Shown here: one piece after another, positions 1 to 10,446 of the stretch
How positions within the stretch are numbered: the first letter of the stretch is position 1
How the letters are laid out: each line of letters begins with the position of its first letter
DNA from: Deltaproteobacteria bacterium
GTDB taxonomy: Bacteria > Myxococcota_A > Polyangia > Fen-1088
DNA: 64,000 nucleotides
NCBI GenBank assembly: GCA_033763315.1
Contig: JANRKS010000007.1
Coordinates: 122,073-186,072 of the forward strand
Reading direction: 5' to 3'
Program-made: the position numbers and the translations under genes
Notes under the pieces: model-generated
Told to the model about the DNA's origin: nothing
Seen by the model: only the letters and a program-made list of their open reading frames with translations
The model's database searches: none

Positions 1-891
1 GCTCAGGAAGTGGCTCGGCTGGTGAATGTGATCGCGGCGGCGGGACGTGTGGCCGACCTGTGGATGATGGACGACATGAAAGAGGCTCTGACGCCCGCGT
101 GTCAGTTCACCAAAGAGCTGCTGGGAATGGAAGCGCCGGAGTTTGAAACGCTGCTGAACAACATGAAGAAGCACGCACCCGAAGTGGGAGGCTTTTTCGA
201 CATCTCCTTCGGCTCCGCTGAAGAAATCGACGCGCTGGTGGAAGAAGCGCGCGACACGCTGGTCATGTTGACCGCCGCGGCCGAGATGCAAATGCAAGAG
301 GCGATCGGCTCGGCACAAGCCCGTGCCGCAGCGGCAGAGACGCAAGCGCAGCGTGACGCCATGACGGGTCTCGCCAACCGCGCCACGTTCGATGCTTTCA
401 TAAAGGATCAGCTGACGGCCGCGCGCGTGTCAAAGCGTGCATGCAGCGTGATCATGGTGGACGTTGATCACTTCAAGTCCGTCAACGACACCTATGGCCA
501 CTTGGCGGGCGACGAGGTGCTCAAAATGGTGGCAGAGTTGCTGAAGGCGGGCGTGCGGCCACGCGACTTGGCGGCTCGGTACGGCGGTGAAGAGTTTGTG
601 TTGGTGTTGCCAGAAACGCCCGCCGATGGTTGCAAAGTGGTGGCTGAACGCACGCGCGCCAAAATCGCGGCGGCGGACATTCAAACGCCCTCGGGCGAGG
701 TGCTTCGCGTGACGGTGTCATTGGGCTGCGCCACGTTCAACCCTGAATTGCATCCAACGCCCGCCCTGCTGATTCAATCGGCCGACGAGGCGCTTTATGA
801 GGCCAAGCACGGCGGCCGCAACCAAGTGCGCATGGCGGGCGATCTGCACACCGCGCGTTTGGAACCTTTGCTGGCCCAAGCCGGCAAGTAA
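1..891 (+). CDS. GGDEF-domain diguanylate cyclase (5' end probably cut by window edge)
   Basis: ORF 10..891 stays open in frame back to nt 1; active-site motif RYGGEEFVLVLPE; Ala/Gln-rich coiled-coil linker precedes the catalytic domain. Confidence 0.8.
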   Translation, partial: AQEVARLVNVIAAAGRVADLWMMDDMKEALTPACQFTKELLGMEAPEFETLLNNMKKHAPEVGGFFDISFGSAEEIDALVEEARDTLVMLTAAAEMQMQEAIGSAQARAAAAETQAQRDAMTGLANRATFDAFIKDQLTAARVSKRACSVIMVDVDHFKSVNDTYGHLAGDEVLKMVAELLKAGVRPRDLAARYGGEEFVLVLPETPADGCKVVAERTRAKIAAADIQTPSGEVLRVTVSLGCATFNPELHPTPALLIQSADEALYEAKHGGRNQVRMAGDLHTARLEPLLAQAGK

Positions 892-913
892 GGCTCGTCG
901 GGCCCCGCTTGAA

Positions 914-929
914 CTGAACTTATGTTCAG
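914..929. promoter_or_regulatory. putative LexA/SOS operator: perfect palindrome CTGAAC-TTAT-GTTCAG, 21 bp upstream of dnaE2 ATG
   Basis: read directly at 914-929; matches 15/17 positions of the CTRHAMRYBYGTTCAGS LexA box described for Myxococcus; position in front of an error-prone polymerase gene. Confidence 0.5.
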
Positions 930-950
930 CTACACTGGGAGATCTCCGCC

Positions 951-3900
951 ATGGGATCTACCTACGTAGAGCTGCGCTGCCGATCGGCGTTTAGCTTCCT
1001 TGACGGGGCCTCTGCGCCCGAAGATCTGATTGAGCGGGCGGCGGCGGTGGGCCTCAGCGCGCTGGCGTTGGGCGACACGGGAGGCGTTTATGGAGCGCCT
1101 CGGTTTTTCCGTGCGGGCAAACAAGCGGGGGTGCGACCGCTTGTGGCGGCCGAAGTGAATGTGCAGGGGGCGCCACCGGTGTTGTTGCTGGCACAGAGCC
1201 GGCAAGGCTACCGCCACTTGTGCCGCTTGATCACGCACATGAAGCAAGGGCACGCGAAGAACGATCTCAGCGCGGCGGTTTCATATGAAACCTTGGAGGC
1301 TCACCAAGCGGGCTTGATCGCCTTGGCGGGAGCCGTGCCACGTGATGATCTGGATCGCCTCAAAGGCATCTTCGGTCCCCAGGGCGTTTATGTGGAAATG
1401 CAGCGCCACTGCGACGACGAAGCGGCGCTTGCCAACAAGCGCGCGGTAGATCGCGCGATCGGTGCCAAGGTGCCTTTGCTTGTGACGAACGACGTTCGTT
1501 ACACCGATCCTGGCCGGCGCAAGGTGCAAGACATTTTCACGTGCGCCAAAGAACGCACATCTGTGGATTTGATTGGGCGCAAATTGCTGCGCAACACAGA
1601 ACGATACTTAAAGTCACCGAAAGAAATGCAGGCGTTGTTTCGCGATCAGAAACAAGCGTTGCACAACACGCTGGCGGTGGCCGAACGCTGTGAGTTTACG
1701 CTTTCGGATCTGGGGTATGCGTTCCCAACCTTCGATGTGCCAGAGGGTGAAAGCGAGCAGAGTTATCTTGAGAAACTAACATGGCAAGGCGCAGCCGATC
1801 GCTATCCGCGGCTCAACGATAAAACGCGGCGGCAGATCGAGCATGAACTGCGCATTGTGGGGAAGCTGGGGCTGGCTGGTTATTTCCTGGTGGTGTGGGA
1901 CATCGTTCGGTTTGCGCGCGAGCGCGGCATCATGGCGCAGGGGCGTGGATCGGCGGCGAATTCGGCGATTTGTTATGCGCTGAAAATCACGGCGGTGGAT
2001 CCGATCGCCATGGAATTGTTGTTTGAACGCTTCTTGTCTGAAGAGCGCGTGGCCAGCGCACCCAGCGCTTCAGATCGCATCCCTGACATCGATTTGGATC
2101 TGCCCTCAGGGGAGCGGCGTGAAGCGGTGATTCAGTACGTCTATCAAAAGTATGGTGGGCGCGCGGCGGCGGGTGCAGCGATGACGGCAAACGTGATCAC
2201 GTTTCGGCCGCGCATGGCGGTGCGCACGGTGGGCCGGGCTTTGGGGTTTTCCGAAGATCAACTCACCCGCATCTCGAAGCTTCTGCCGCACTGGATCGTG
2301 GGGGACGACAAGCCGCTGGCGGCGATCATCGCAGAGGCAGGCTTTCCCCCCACCGAAGAGCGCACGCGCTTGCTGGCCGAGGTGGCGCGCGCGGTGCTGA
2401 ATTTGCCGCGCCATTTGGGGCAACATTCGGGTGGCATGGTGTTGGCGGCCGGGCGATTGGATGAAGTGGTGCCGCTTGAACCGGCGAGCATGCCGGGACG
2501 CACCGTCGTGCAATGGGACAAAGACGATTGCGCGGACTTGGGCATCGTCAAAGTTGATCTGCTGGGGTTGGGAATGCTGGCGGTGCTGGAAGAGGCCGCG
2601 CCATTGATTGCGCAACACGAAGGCATCAACATCGATTACGCGCATCTGCCGCCCGACGATCGCAAGGTGTACAGCATGCTGTGCAAGGCAGACACAGTGG
2701 GCGTGTTTCAGGTGGAATCGCGCGCGCAAATGGCCACGCTGCCGCGCATGCAGCCTAGCCGCTTTTATGATCTGGTGGTGGAAGTGGCGATCATTCGCCC
2801 GGGGCCGATTGTAGGTAAAATGGTGAACCCTTATCTGGCGCGGCGGCTTGGACGTGAAGAGATTACGTACCCGCACCCTTGCCTTGAACCCATTTTAAAA
2901 CGCACATTGGGGGTACCGTTGTTTCAAGAACAACTCATCCGCATGGCGATGGAAGCCGCGGGCTTTACGGGAGGGCAAGCGGAAGAGTTGCGTCGCGCGA
3001 TGGGCTTTAAGCGATCTGTCGAACGCATGAAACAAATTGAAGATGAATTGCGGCAGGGCCTTGTTGATCGAGGCATCGAAGGTGTGTCGCAAGACGAAAT
3101 CGTCACGGGCATAAAATCATTCGCGCTTTATGGGTTTCCCGAGTCGCACGCAGCCTCATTTGCGTTGATTGCTTACGCTTCGGCTTACTTAAAAGCGCAC
3201 CACGGCGCGGCGTTTTTGTGTGCCTTGTTGAACAATTGGCCGATGGGCTTTTACCACCCCGCCACGTTGATCACGGATGGCCTGCGCCACGATGTGCCCA
3301 CCTTGCCCGTGGACGTCACGCTTTCCGATTGGTTGTGCACTTTGGAACGCACGCCGCAAGGCTCGTTGGCGGTGCGCTTGGGGCTTAAGTATGTGGCGGG
3401 GCTGCGCAAAGAGGTCGGGCTGCGCATCGTGGCCGAACGCACGAAGAAGCCGTTTTGCTTAATGGGTGATTTTCATGTGCGCGTGGCGCCTCGACAGGAC
3501 GAGATGACAGCGTTGGCGACAGTGGGCGCGTTCGCAGGGCTAGGTGGACGGCGGCGCGCGGCGTTGTGGCAAGCGGAAGCTTTGGACAAATCAGGCGCGT
3601 TGTTCGAAGCCAACACAGCGCAAACAGAATCACCATTGCCCGAGATGACGGCCGACGAAGAAGCGTTGGCCGAACTGCGCGGCACGGGCGTCACATTGGG
3701 CCCCCACCCCATCAGCTTTGCGCGCGCGTGGCTGCAAAGTGAGGGCGTGGTGCCGGCCAATCAGTTGCCGAGCCTGCGCAACGGCCAGCGCGTGCGCACG
3801 GCGGGCATGGTGATCGTGAGGCAGCGCCCCATGACCGCCAAAGGGCTTGTGTTCATCACACTGGAAGATGAAACGGGGTTCTCGAATTCGGTGGTGATGC

Positions 3901-4064
3901 CCGACGTCTTTGCCGAATGGCGCACCACCATCGTGACCAGCGCGGCGTTGATCATCGAAGGGCACGTACAGTGCCGCGATGGCGTTGTGACGATCAAAGC
4001 GGAAGCTTTCGCACCCGTGAAGCAAACGGGGACCGAGGTGTCTCGATCCCACGATTTTCACTAA
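951..4064 (+). CDS. dnaE2: error-prone DNA polymerase DnaE2/ImuC (Pol III alpha-like)
   Basis: 1037 aa (DnaE2 size, shorter than DnaE1); N-terminal PHP motif YVELRCRSAFSFLDGASAPEDL; polymerase core motifs; C-terminal OB-like region; LexA-box-like palindrome upstream. Confidence 0.85.
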   Translation: MGSTYVELRCRSAFSFLDGASAPEDLIERAAAVGLSALALGDTGGVYGAPRFFRAGKQAGVRPLVAAEVNVQGAPPVLLLAQSRQGYRHLCRLITHMKQGHAKNDLSAAVSYETLEAHQAGLIALAGAVPRDDLDRLKGIFGPQGVYVEMQRHCDDEAALANKRAVDRAIGAKVPLLVTNDVRYTDPGRRKVQDIFTCAKERTSVDLIGRKLLRNTERYLKSPKEMQALFRDQKQALHNTLAVAERCEFTLSDLGYAFPTFDVPEGESEQSYLEKLTWQGAADRYPRLNDKTRRQIEHELRIVGKLGLAGYFLVVWDIVRFARERGIMAQGRGSAANSAICYALKITAVDPIAMELLFERFLSEERVASAPSASDRIPDIDLDLPSGERREAVIQYVYQKYGGRAAAGAAMTANVITFRPRMAVRTVGRALGFSEDQLTRISKLLPHWIVGDDKPLAAIIAEAGFPPTEERTRLLAEVARAVLNLPRHLGQHSGGMVLAAGRLDEVVPLEPASMPGRTVVQWDKDDCADLGIVKVDLLGLGMLAVLEEAAPLIAQHEGINIDYAHLPPDDRKVYSMLCKADTVGVFQVESRAQMATLPRMQPSRFYDLVVEVAIIRPGPIVGKMVNPYLARRLGREEITYPHPCLEPILKRTLGVPLFQEQLIRMAMEAAGFTGGQAEELRRAMGFKRSVERMKQIEDELRQGLVDRGIEGVSQDEIVTGIKSFALYGFPESHAASFALIAYASAYLKAHHGAAFLCALLNNWPMGFYHPATLITDGLRHDVPTLPVDVTLSDWLCTLERTPQGSLAVRLGLKYVAGLRKEVGLRIVAERTKKPFCLMGDFHVRVAPRQDEMTALATVGAFAGLGGRRRAALWQAEALDKSGALFEANTAQTESPLPEMTADEEALAELRGTGVTLGPHPISFARAWLQSEGVVPANQLPSLRNGQRVRTAGMVIVRQRPMTAKGLVFITLEDETGFSNSVVMPDVFAEWRTTIVTSAALIIEGHVQCRDGVVTIKAEAFAPVKQTGTEVSRSHDFH

Positions 4065-4068
4065 CAGC

Positions 4069-5220
4069 CTATGACCGCTTCTTGGTCGCGTTGAACAAGC
4101 GCGGCAGGATGTCAACCAAGTAGCTGCGCCACACGGGCCAGGCATGCGCGCCTTCGGTTTCTTTGTACTCAAACGCGATGCCTTTGCCTTTGAGCTCATC
4201 GATGAATTTGTGGTTTGCCTCAAGCAGGAAGTCATCCTTGCCAATCGCGATCCACAACAGTCGCAGCTTCTTATTTAACTCGGCGGGCTTGGCCAACGCC
4301 GCCGCAAACGCTTCCGTGTTGCGCGTGGCCGAGCTCATCCCGCCCACCCAGGCGAACACCTCGGGGTGGCTCATGCCCAACGTCAACGATTGCTCGCCAC
4401 CCATTGATAAACCCACGATGGCCCGGTCGCTGGCTTTCGCCTTCGTGCGGTAATGGGCATCCACAAAAGGCACCACGGAGCCAAGCATATCGTCCTGGAA
4501 CTTCTGCAGGTTCTCTTGCCATCGCTCGCGGTTCATGGGCACCGCGTGGCCGTCGGTCATCACGATGATCGCTGGCACCGCTTGCTTGGATCCGATCAAG
4601 TTATCCGCAATCACGTTGGCGCGGCCAAACTCTGTCCACGAGGCTTCATTGTCCGAAAACCCATGCAACAGATAAAGCACTGGGTATCGTGTGGCGTTTT
4701 TCTCGTAGCCCGGTGGCGTGTAGACGCGCAAACGACGCTGCTCACCGACGGCCTTTGACATATACGTGTGCAGATGAACCGTGCCTTCGGCAGCGCCTTG
4801 GTACTCATAAGGCGCAGCGGGCACTGAGGGAACCAACACCACGCTGGTGGTGAAGTTGCGCGATGGCTTATTCCACGCGTTGGCAGGATCGATCTGCGTT
4901 TGCCCGTCGATCTTAAAGCTATAGCCCCACAGGCCCGGCTTAATGACGACCATCGCAGACCAGATGCCCTCGGCGTCTTTCTTTAGCGGCGTGGCCGCGC
5001 CGCCAAAGTCGCCGGCCACCGAAACTTCCTTGGCCGCAGGTGCGAACACGCGGAATGTGACGCCGTCGGCGCTCACTTGTGGTGAGGTGACGATCGGGTC
5101 AGGTTTCTTCTTTGGCTTTTCCACCTTGGGTGGATCAGCGGCAAACACGAGGGCCGGCTGCAGAGCTGCGGACCCAACCAAAAACAAACCGATGCGCATA
5201 AAGCGTTGCATGCCAAACAC
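4069..5220 (-). CDS. secreted esterase (PF00756-type alpha/beta hydrolase) with N-terminal Ig-like/CBM48-type module
   Basis: signal peptide MRIGLFLVGSAALQPALVFAA; VTFRVFAPAAKEVSVAGDF E-set-like region; LYLLHGFSDNEASW and GLSMGG nucleophile elbow. Confidence 0.7.
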   Translation of the reverse strand: MFGMQRFMRIGLFLVGSAALQPALVFAADPPKVEKPKKKPDPIVTSPQVSADGVTFRVFAPAAKEVSVAGDFGGAATPLKKDAEGIWSAMVVIKPGLWGYSFKIDGQTQIDPANAWNKPSRNFTTSVVLVPSVPAAPYEYQGAAEGTVHLHTYMSKAVGEQRRLRVYTPPGYEKNATRYPVLYLLHGFSDNEASWTEFGRANVIADNLIGSKQAVPAIIVMTDGHAVPMNRERWQENLQKFQDDMLGSVVPFVDAHYRTKAKASDRAIVGLSMGGEQSLTLGMSHPEVFAWVGGMSSATRNTEAFAAALAKPAELNKKLRLLWIAIGKDDFLLEANHKFIDELKGKGIAFEYKETEGAHAWPVWRSYLVDILPRLFNATKKRS

Positions 5221-5255
5221 ATATCACGTTTAAATGATCACAAAGCTTCCGCCTG

Positions 5256-7790
5256 TTACGGCGTGACTGTGGGCGCCCCGTCGCGTGCGGCTGTGACGAG
5301 GGTTTGCAGCAAGGTTTCTTTGCCCATCGCGTTTTGTGACGACACGAAGTGCCCGTCGTACGCCGCAGGCGTGAATTGTTTTTGGGCAGCGGTGAAGCCA
5401 TTGAGGTTGGCCTTGGTGGCTACAGCGGCTTTCGGTACGCCCGGATAGTCGGTGAGCACCGGGCCCACCAGTGTGATGCCTGCAGCCAAGCCTAACTCTT
5501 GCTGGGTGGGCTCGGGTGAATACGTGTCCTTTTGACCATAGATGTGCAGCAAGTGTTTTGCAGGCACCATTGGAATAGGCGCGGCCACAATGCGACCCAC
5601 AAGGTTCACGGGGTCGCTGCGATCAAAATACATTTGCAGCACTGAAATCAGCGGATGGTTTTCGGGGCGCTTGAACGGATCCGCGCTGGCGTATTCCATT
5701 TGATCGCCCAAGATGGCGGGCAACGCGGCCTTGATGTTCACCGGTTTTTCTTTCGTCGTGAAGCTAAACGTCAGATATCCGCCAGACCCCGACAGCACAA
5801 CGGTTTTATAGCGAGGATCAAAACCAGCGGCCGAAGCCGCGGCATTGGCGCCTTGTGAGTGGCCATAAAGATACAGCTTCGTTTTATCGAAAGTGACGTT
5901 GCCTTGGCTGTAGGCCTCGGCCACCTTGGCCATGGCGAACAGATCAGCCGCGCCCTGCAACGCCGTATCGCGCGCCGAGACGGGGTTAAGGAAATTGAAT
6001 ACGAGATCGTCCACCTTCTTCGTGGAAACGCCCTTGCGCGTGCCATGCAAGGCACCATCGTACGAGAGCATGGCCATGGGCACGGCGGCGCCACCTGCGG
6101 CCACACCCGTGGCGAAATCTTGCGCCCATGTGTTGCGGCCCGTGAGGTAACTGCCGCCGGTGCCGTGCGCGTAAACAACCACGGGCCAGCCCGCCGCGGG
6201 TTTCTCTCCCTTAGGAACCGTTAAAGAGAAACATACGTCTTCCGTCGTTTGAACCTTTGCCAGGCCCGAAACGGCGTCGTACTCGATGGCGCCACCTTGT
6301 TCAGGTGTTTCATACGGCCGCACGCCTGCTTGGAACACGGGCAACGTTACCAAGCCCTGGTATTCGTCGAACGCTGCGTTCGCTGGGGCCGCAAGGCAAC
6401 CACGTTGTTTGTCGGCACCAACCACGCCGTCATCGCACGGAGAGATCGCTTCGCCGCATTTGACGATCGACTTGACGGCCAGGTTGGGCACGGGCGCCGC
6501 TTCCACAGCTTTTTGCAACGCCACCATCGCGGCTTCTGATTTTTGTACGGTGAAAACCGTGCCACCCACAAGCGGCGTGCCCGCCAAACCGCTTTTGGGG
6601 TCGGCGATAAAATCGCGCAACGGCTTGTAGCGGGTGTAGGCCTGCGCAAGCTCAGGATCCGCCGGCGGCGTGGCCGCCAACAGCGCCGCGAAATCAGCGT
6701 CTGGTGCAAAAGGCTGGTTGTCTTTGTCGGCCAACGGGCCCTTGATGATCACCGCGTAGGTTGCGCCGGCTTCCAAACGCCCGCTGATCCGCAGCGCCAT
6801 GTAGCGCGGGCAAATGTAACGGCTGCCGGTGTTGGTGCCCGCTCCCCCCGTGGTGGCATTCCAACCAAAGCCAAGCGGCGTGCCGAAGGCGGGTGATCCG
6901 GGTGTCACGTTGAACACCCCCATGACGCCGGACGCACCCAACTGTGTGGTGTTTGGCCAACGGGAGAAGCGAAAGAACACGGTGCCATTGGGCGAGGCAC
7001 CATCAATGTCGGCTTCGATGGCTTTGATGTATCGATCCACCGGATCGATAGGAATGAGCCCCACGCCAGGACGCGGGAAATTCTTCATGCTGAGCTTGCC
7101 GTCTTTGAAGCGCGCGTCGTTCGGAAACGGCAAGGCGAAGAAATCATCGCTGGCTGGATCCGCCGCGCGCGGCAGCTTGAACTTGATGCGTGCCGTGGCC
7201 TCTTCCGCCACGTCACACTTGGCACCCGTCCATGGCTTGAGCGCCAGCGGGGTGCTGCACACATTGGCGATGCAGAAAAGACCTGAAAAACAGCCACCCG
7301 GGCCCGTGCATGCGGCACCAATGTCGCCCGCGCCCGCCATGCGGCAGGAACCTTGGAGCCCATCGAGCACGCAGGCAAAGCCTGTGGCGCAATCGCCTTC
7401 GTTTGCACACGTGGCACCGTCACCGCCCCTGTTCATCGCGCGCGGCGTGCATGCCGTTTGTGGCAAGCCTTGCGCCGACGCCCCAAGCGCGCAGAAGTAA
7501 TCAGGCAGACACTCGGCGGAAACGGTGCAGATGGCGCCAGGGCCCGAGGTGCCTTTGGGTTGGCACGTGGCCGTGGTGGGGGCGCACGTGAGGCCAAAGC
7601 GGCACTGGGTCTCCGCGGTGCAAGCGGCGCCCACGCCAAATCCGGCAGGAACGCCGTTGTTGCCGGTACCCGCTGAGCCGCCCGTGCCCATGCCCGAGCG
7701 ATCGGCGTCCTCACTTTTGATGAAAAAACACGCTGGGCTCACGAGAACCGCAGCCAACACTGCAACCACACCTAGGCGCTTATCCGACAT
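5256..7790 (-). CDS. secreted lipase-like alpha/beta hydrolase (GHSQG motif) with N-terminal Cys-rich repeats
   Basis: signal peptide; four C-x4-5-C-x5-7-C repeats; VVVYAHGTGGS and YGHSQGANAA motifs. Confidence 0.65.
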   Translation of the reverse strand: MSDKRLGVVAVLAAVLVSPACFFIKSEDADRSGMGTGGSAGTGNNGVPAGFGVGAACTAETQCRFGLTCAPTTATCQPKGTSGPGAICTVSAECLPDYFCALGASAQGLPQTACTPRAMNRGGDGATCANEGDCATGFACVLDGLQGSCRMAGAGDIGAACTGPGGCFSGLFCIANVCSTPLALKPWTGAKCDVAEEATARIKFKLPRAADPASDDFFALPFPNDARFKDGKLSMKNFPRPGVGLIPIDPVDRYIKAIEADIDGASPNGTVFFRFSRWPNTTQLGASGVMGVFNVTPGSPAFGTPLGFGWNATTGGAGTNTGSRYICPRYMALRISGRLEAGATYAVIIKGPLADKDNQPFAPDADFAALLAATPPADPELAQAYTRYKPLRDFIADPKSGLAGTPLVGGTVFTVQKSEAAMVALQKAVEAAPVPNLAVKSIVKCGEAISPCDDGVVGADKQRGCLAAPANAAFDEYQGLVTLPVFQAGVRPYETPEQGGAIEYDAVSGLAKVQTTEDVCFSLTVPKGEKPAAGWPVVVYAHGTGGSYLTGRNTWAQDFATGVAAGGAAVPMAMLSYDGALHGTRKGVSTKKVDDLVFNFLNPVSARDTALQGAADLFAMAKVAEAYSQGNVTFDKTKLYLYGHSQGANAAASAAGFDPRYKTVVLSGSGGYLTFSFTTKEKPVNIKAALPAILGDQMEYASADPFKRPENHPLISVLQMYFDRSDPVNLVGRIVAAPIPMVPAKHLLHIYGQKDTYSPEPTQQELGLAAGITLVGPVLTDYPGVPKAAVATKANLNGFTAAQKQFTPAAYDGHFVSSQNAMGKETLLQTLVTAARDGAPTVTP

Positions 7791-7920
7791 TTTTACCCTC
7801 GTTCCTTCGCACGGTCAGGGTACACCAACTGGGGCAAAGCCGTAACGAAGACATCCGCCCCGCAACATCAGAACAACGGCACTGGTGCCTGCATGTGTTC
7901 TGGGTGGATAATCGGAAAGT

Positions 7921-9282
7921 ATGCCGAAAACGTCTGAAAACAACGTCCTTGATGAATTGCGCCAGGATCCCACCAACAAGGTGAAGGTGGCGATCACGGA
8001 CATCGACGGCGTCTTGCGCGGCAAGTATCTGCACAAGGACAAATTCTTCGGTGCCACTGAAGGCGGCTTCGGCTTTTGCAACGTCATCTTCGGGTGGGAC
8101 GCCAACGACGTTTGCTACGACAACGTGAGCTTTACCGGCTGGCATACCGGTTACCCTGACGCTTTGGCCCGCCCTGATCTCAGCACCTTCCGCCGCGTGC
8201 CGTGGGACAACCACGTTCCGTTTTTTTTGGCCGACTTTGAAGACGCGCAAGGCGCGCCGTTGGCGATTTGCCCGCGCAAGCTGCTGCGGCAAGTGATCGA
8301 GCGGACGAAGGCGGCTGGATTCGAAGCCAAAACCGGCATGGAGTTTGAGTGGTTTAACTTCATTGAGACGCCGCAAAGCTGGAAAGACAAACACTTCACG
8401 AACCCGCAACCGATCACACCCGGAATGTTCGGCTATTCGCTGCTGCGCACCAGCCGCAACCTGCCGTTCTTCAACGCCCTGATGGACGAGATGCAAGCCT
8501 TTCGCATTCCCATCGAAGGGCTTCACACCGAAACAGGCCCCGGCGTGTTGGAAGCCGCGATCCTTTACTCGGATGCGCTTGAATCTGCGGATCGCGCGGC
8601 GTTGTTTAAAACGGGCGCCAAAGAGATTGCCGCGCGGTTTGGGATCATGCCCACGTTCATGGCCAAATGGAACACCAAGCTGCCGGGCTCAAGTGGGCAC
8701 CTGCACCAAAGCTTGTGGTCAGCTGGCAAGAACGCCTTTTACGACGCGCAAGCGCCGCATACCATGAGCGCCACGTACCAAAGCTATCTGGCCGGCATCC
8801 TAAAGTGCTTGCCCGAGATCTTGCCGATGTTCGCGCCCACAGTGAACAGCTACAAACGTTTGGTGGATGGATACTGGGCACCCACGCGGGTGTCTTGGGG
8901 GGTCGACAACCGCACGGTTGCGTGTCGGGTGATCCCGGGCAGCGAAAAATCCACGCGACTTGAACTGCGTGTGCCTGGCGCCGACGTCAATCCTTACCTC
9001 TCTATCGCTGCGGCCTTGGCGGCAGGCCTATACGGCATCCAAAATCAGCTGCCGTTGACGCTGCCGCCCCTGACGGGCAGCGCGTATATGGCCGAACACG
9101 CTGAACGGTTGCCGCGAACCTTGCAGGAGGCCACGGCGCGCATGCGCGATTCTAAGATTGCACGCGAGCTGTTCGGGGCTGCTTTCGTTGATCACTTCGT
9201 GGCCACGCGAGACTGGGAGTGGCGACAAGCTCAAGAGGCTGTGACATCGTGGGAATTGGAGCGGTATTTCGAAATCGTCTGA
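7921..9282 (+). CDS. glutamine synthetase family protein, gamma-glutamyl-amine synthetase type (PuuA/GlnA4/IpuC-like)
   Basis: 453 aa; GS catalytic-domain motif KLPGSSGHLHQS; same-strand neighbours are a GATase1 hydrolase and an aldehyde dehydrogenase. Confidence 0.8.
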   Translation: MPKTSENNVLDELRQDPTNKVKVAITDIDGVLRGKYLHKDKFFGATEGGFGFCNVIFGWDANDVCYDNVSFTGWHTGYPDALARPDLSTFRRVPWDNHVPFFLADFEDAQGAPLAICPRKLLRQVIERTKAAGFEAKTGMEFEWFNFIETPQSWKDKHFTNPQPITPGMFGYSLLRTSRNLPFFNALMDEMQAFRIPIEGLHTETGPGVLEAAILYSDALESADRAALFKTGAKEIAARFGIMPTFMAKWNTKLPGSSGHLHQSLWSAGKNAFYDAQAPHTMSATYQSYLAGILKCLPEILPMFAPTVNSYKRLVDGYWAPTRVSWGVDNRTVACRVIPGSEKSTRLELRVPGADVNPYLSIAAALAAGLYGIQNQLPLTLPPLTGSAYMAEHAERLPRTLQEATARMRDSKIARELFGAAFVDHFVATRDWEWRQAQEAVTSWELERYFEIV

Positions 9283-9309
9283 CGACGGCCGTGCGTAAAG
9301 GATCCACAC

Positions 9310-10446
9310 ATGAACAGGTTTTCTTTTCCCACTGACATTCAATTCGGCAACGGCGTGCGTGCGCGCGTCGGCGCACGCCTGCAGGCAGAGTCTGTGCGGC
9401 GGCCGCTCGTTGTCACCGACAAGGGCTTGGCCACCTTGCCGGCCGTGTTGGACCTGCAAAACGCACTGCGGAACGAAGGGCTGGCCACGGAGGTGTTCGC
9501 GGGCGTGTGGGGCAACCCGGTTAAGTCGCAGGTCTTGGCGGGCGTGGCGGCGTTTCGCGCCCACGCGGCTGACGGCATCGTGGGTATTGGCGGGGGCGCG
9601 GCGCTTGATGTGGCAAAAGCCATCGCGCTGATGGTGAATCACCCTGGTGATCTCTTCGACTACGAAGACGATTTGCCCGGTGCGCGGCCATTCGATCAAC
9701 CCATTCCGTTCTGGGTGGCCGTGCCCACCACGGCCGGCACCGGCAGCGAAGTGGGCCGCAGCGCCGTGATCTCGGATGATGAAACGCACGTCAAGAAGAT
9801 CATTTTCTCGCCGCGTTTGCTCGCCAAAGCCGTGTTTGCGGATCCTGAGCTAACGGTGGGCCTGCCCGCGCACATCACGGCCGCCACAGGTCTCGACGCG
9901 TTAACTCACAACATCGAAGCGTTCTTGGCTAAGGCGTTTCACCCGATCTGCGATGGCATCGCGCTTGAGGGCCTGCGCCTGGGCGCGATGCACTTGAAGC
10001 AAGCGGTGAAGGTGCCCACGGATCTCGAGGCACGCGCGGGCATGATGATGTCTTCGATGATGGGTGCGATCGCGTTTCAGAAGGGATTGGGCCTTGTGCA
10101 CTCCTGCGCACACGCTTTGGGAACTGTGTGCAACATGCACCACGGCTTGGCCAATGGCGTGATGATCGATCACGCGCTTGTGCACAACGTGGGCGTGGCC
10201 ACCGATAAGTTCGTGCGGATGGCGCAAACCGTGGGCATCAAGAATCCGGGACCAGAGGCGTTCATCGGTTGGCTGGAGACTTTGAAAGCCGACGTGGGCA
10301 TACCAGCCACGCTGACGGCCGCGGGTGTGGCGCCTGCCGCGCTGCAAACTTTGGTGGATGTGGCTGTGGCAGACGCCTGCCATCCCAACAACCCACGCCC
10401 CTGCACGCGGGAAGATTTCCAACACATACTGGAGGCGGCATTCTGA
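9310..10446 (+). CDS. iron-containing (group III) alcohol dehydrogenase
   Basis: GIGGGAALDVAKAIAL and VAVPTTAGTGSEV Fe-ADH motifs. Confidence 0.85.
   Translation: MNRFSFPTDIQFGNGVRARVGARLQAESVRRPLVVTDKGLATLPAVLDLQNALRNEGLATEVFAGVWGNPVKSQVLAGVAAFRAHAADGIVGIGGGAALDVAKAIALMVNHPGDLFDYEDDLPGARPFDQPIPFWVAVPTTAGTGSEVGRSAVISDDETHVKKIIFSPRLLAKAVFADPELTVGLPAHITAATGLDALTHNIEAFLAKAFHPICDGIALEGLRLGAMHLKQAVKVPTDLEARAGMMMSSMMGAIAFQKGLGLVHSCAHALGTVCNMHHGLANGVMIDHALVHNVGVATDKFVRMAQTVGIKNPGPEAFIGWLETLKADVGIPATLTAAGVAPAALQTLVDVAVADACHPNNPRPCTREDFQHILEAAF

Noticed and set aside
2106-2876. 256-aa minus-strand ORF inside dnaE2
   Set aside because: Antisense to a well-supported gene; Arg/His-rich low-information translation typical of high-GC antisense frames
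10269-10445. N-terminal extension of the PuuD-like ORF (MAGDFES...)
   Set aside because: Would overlap the ADH gene by 177 nt; the ATG at 10446 with an ATGA junction matches the coupling pattern used elsewhere in this operon
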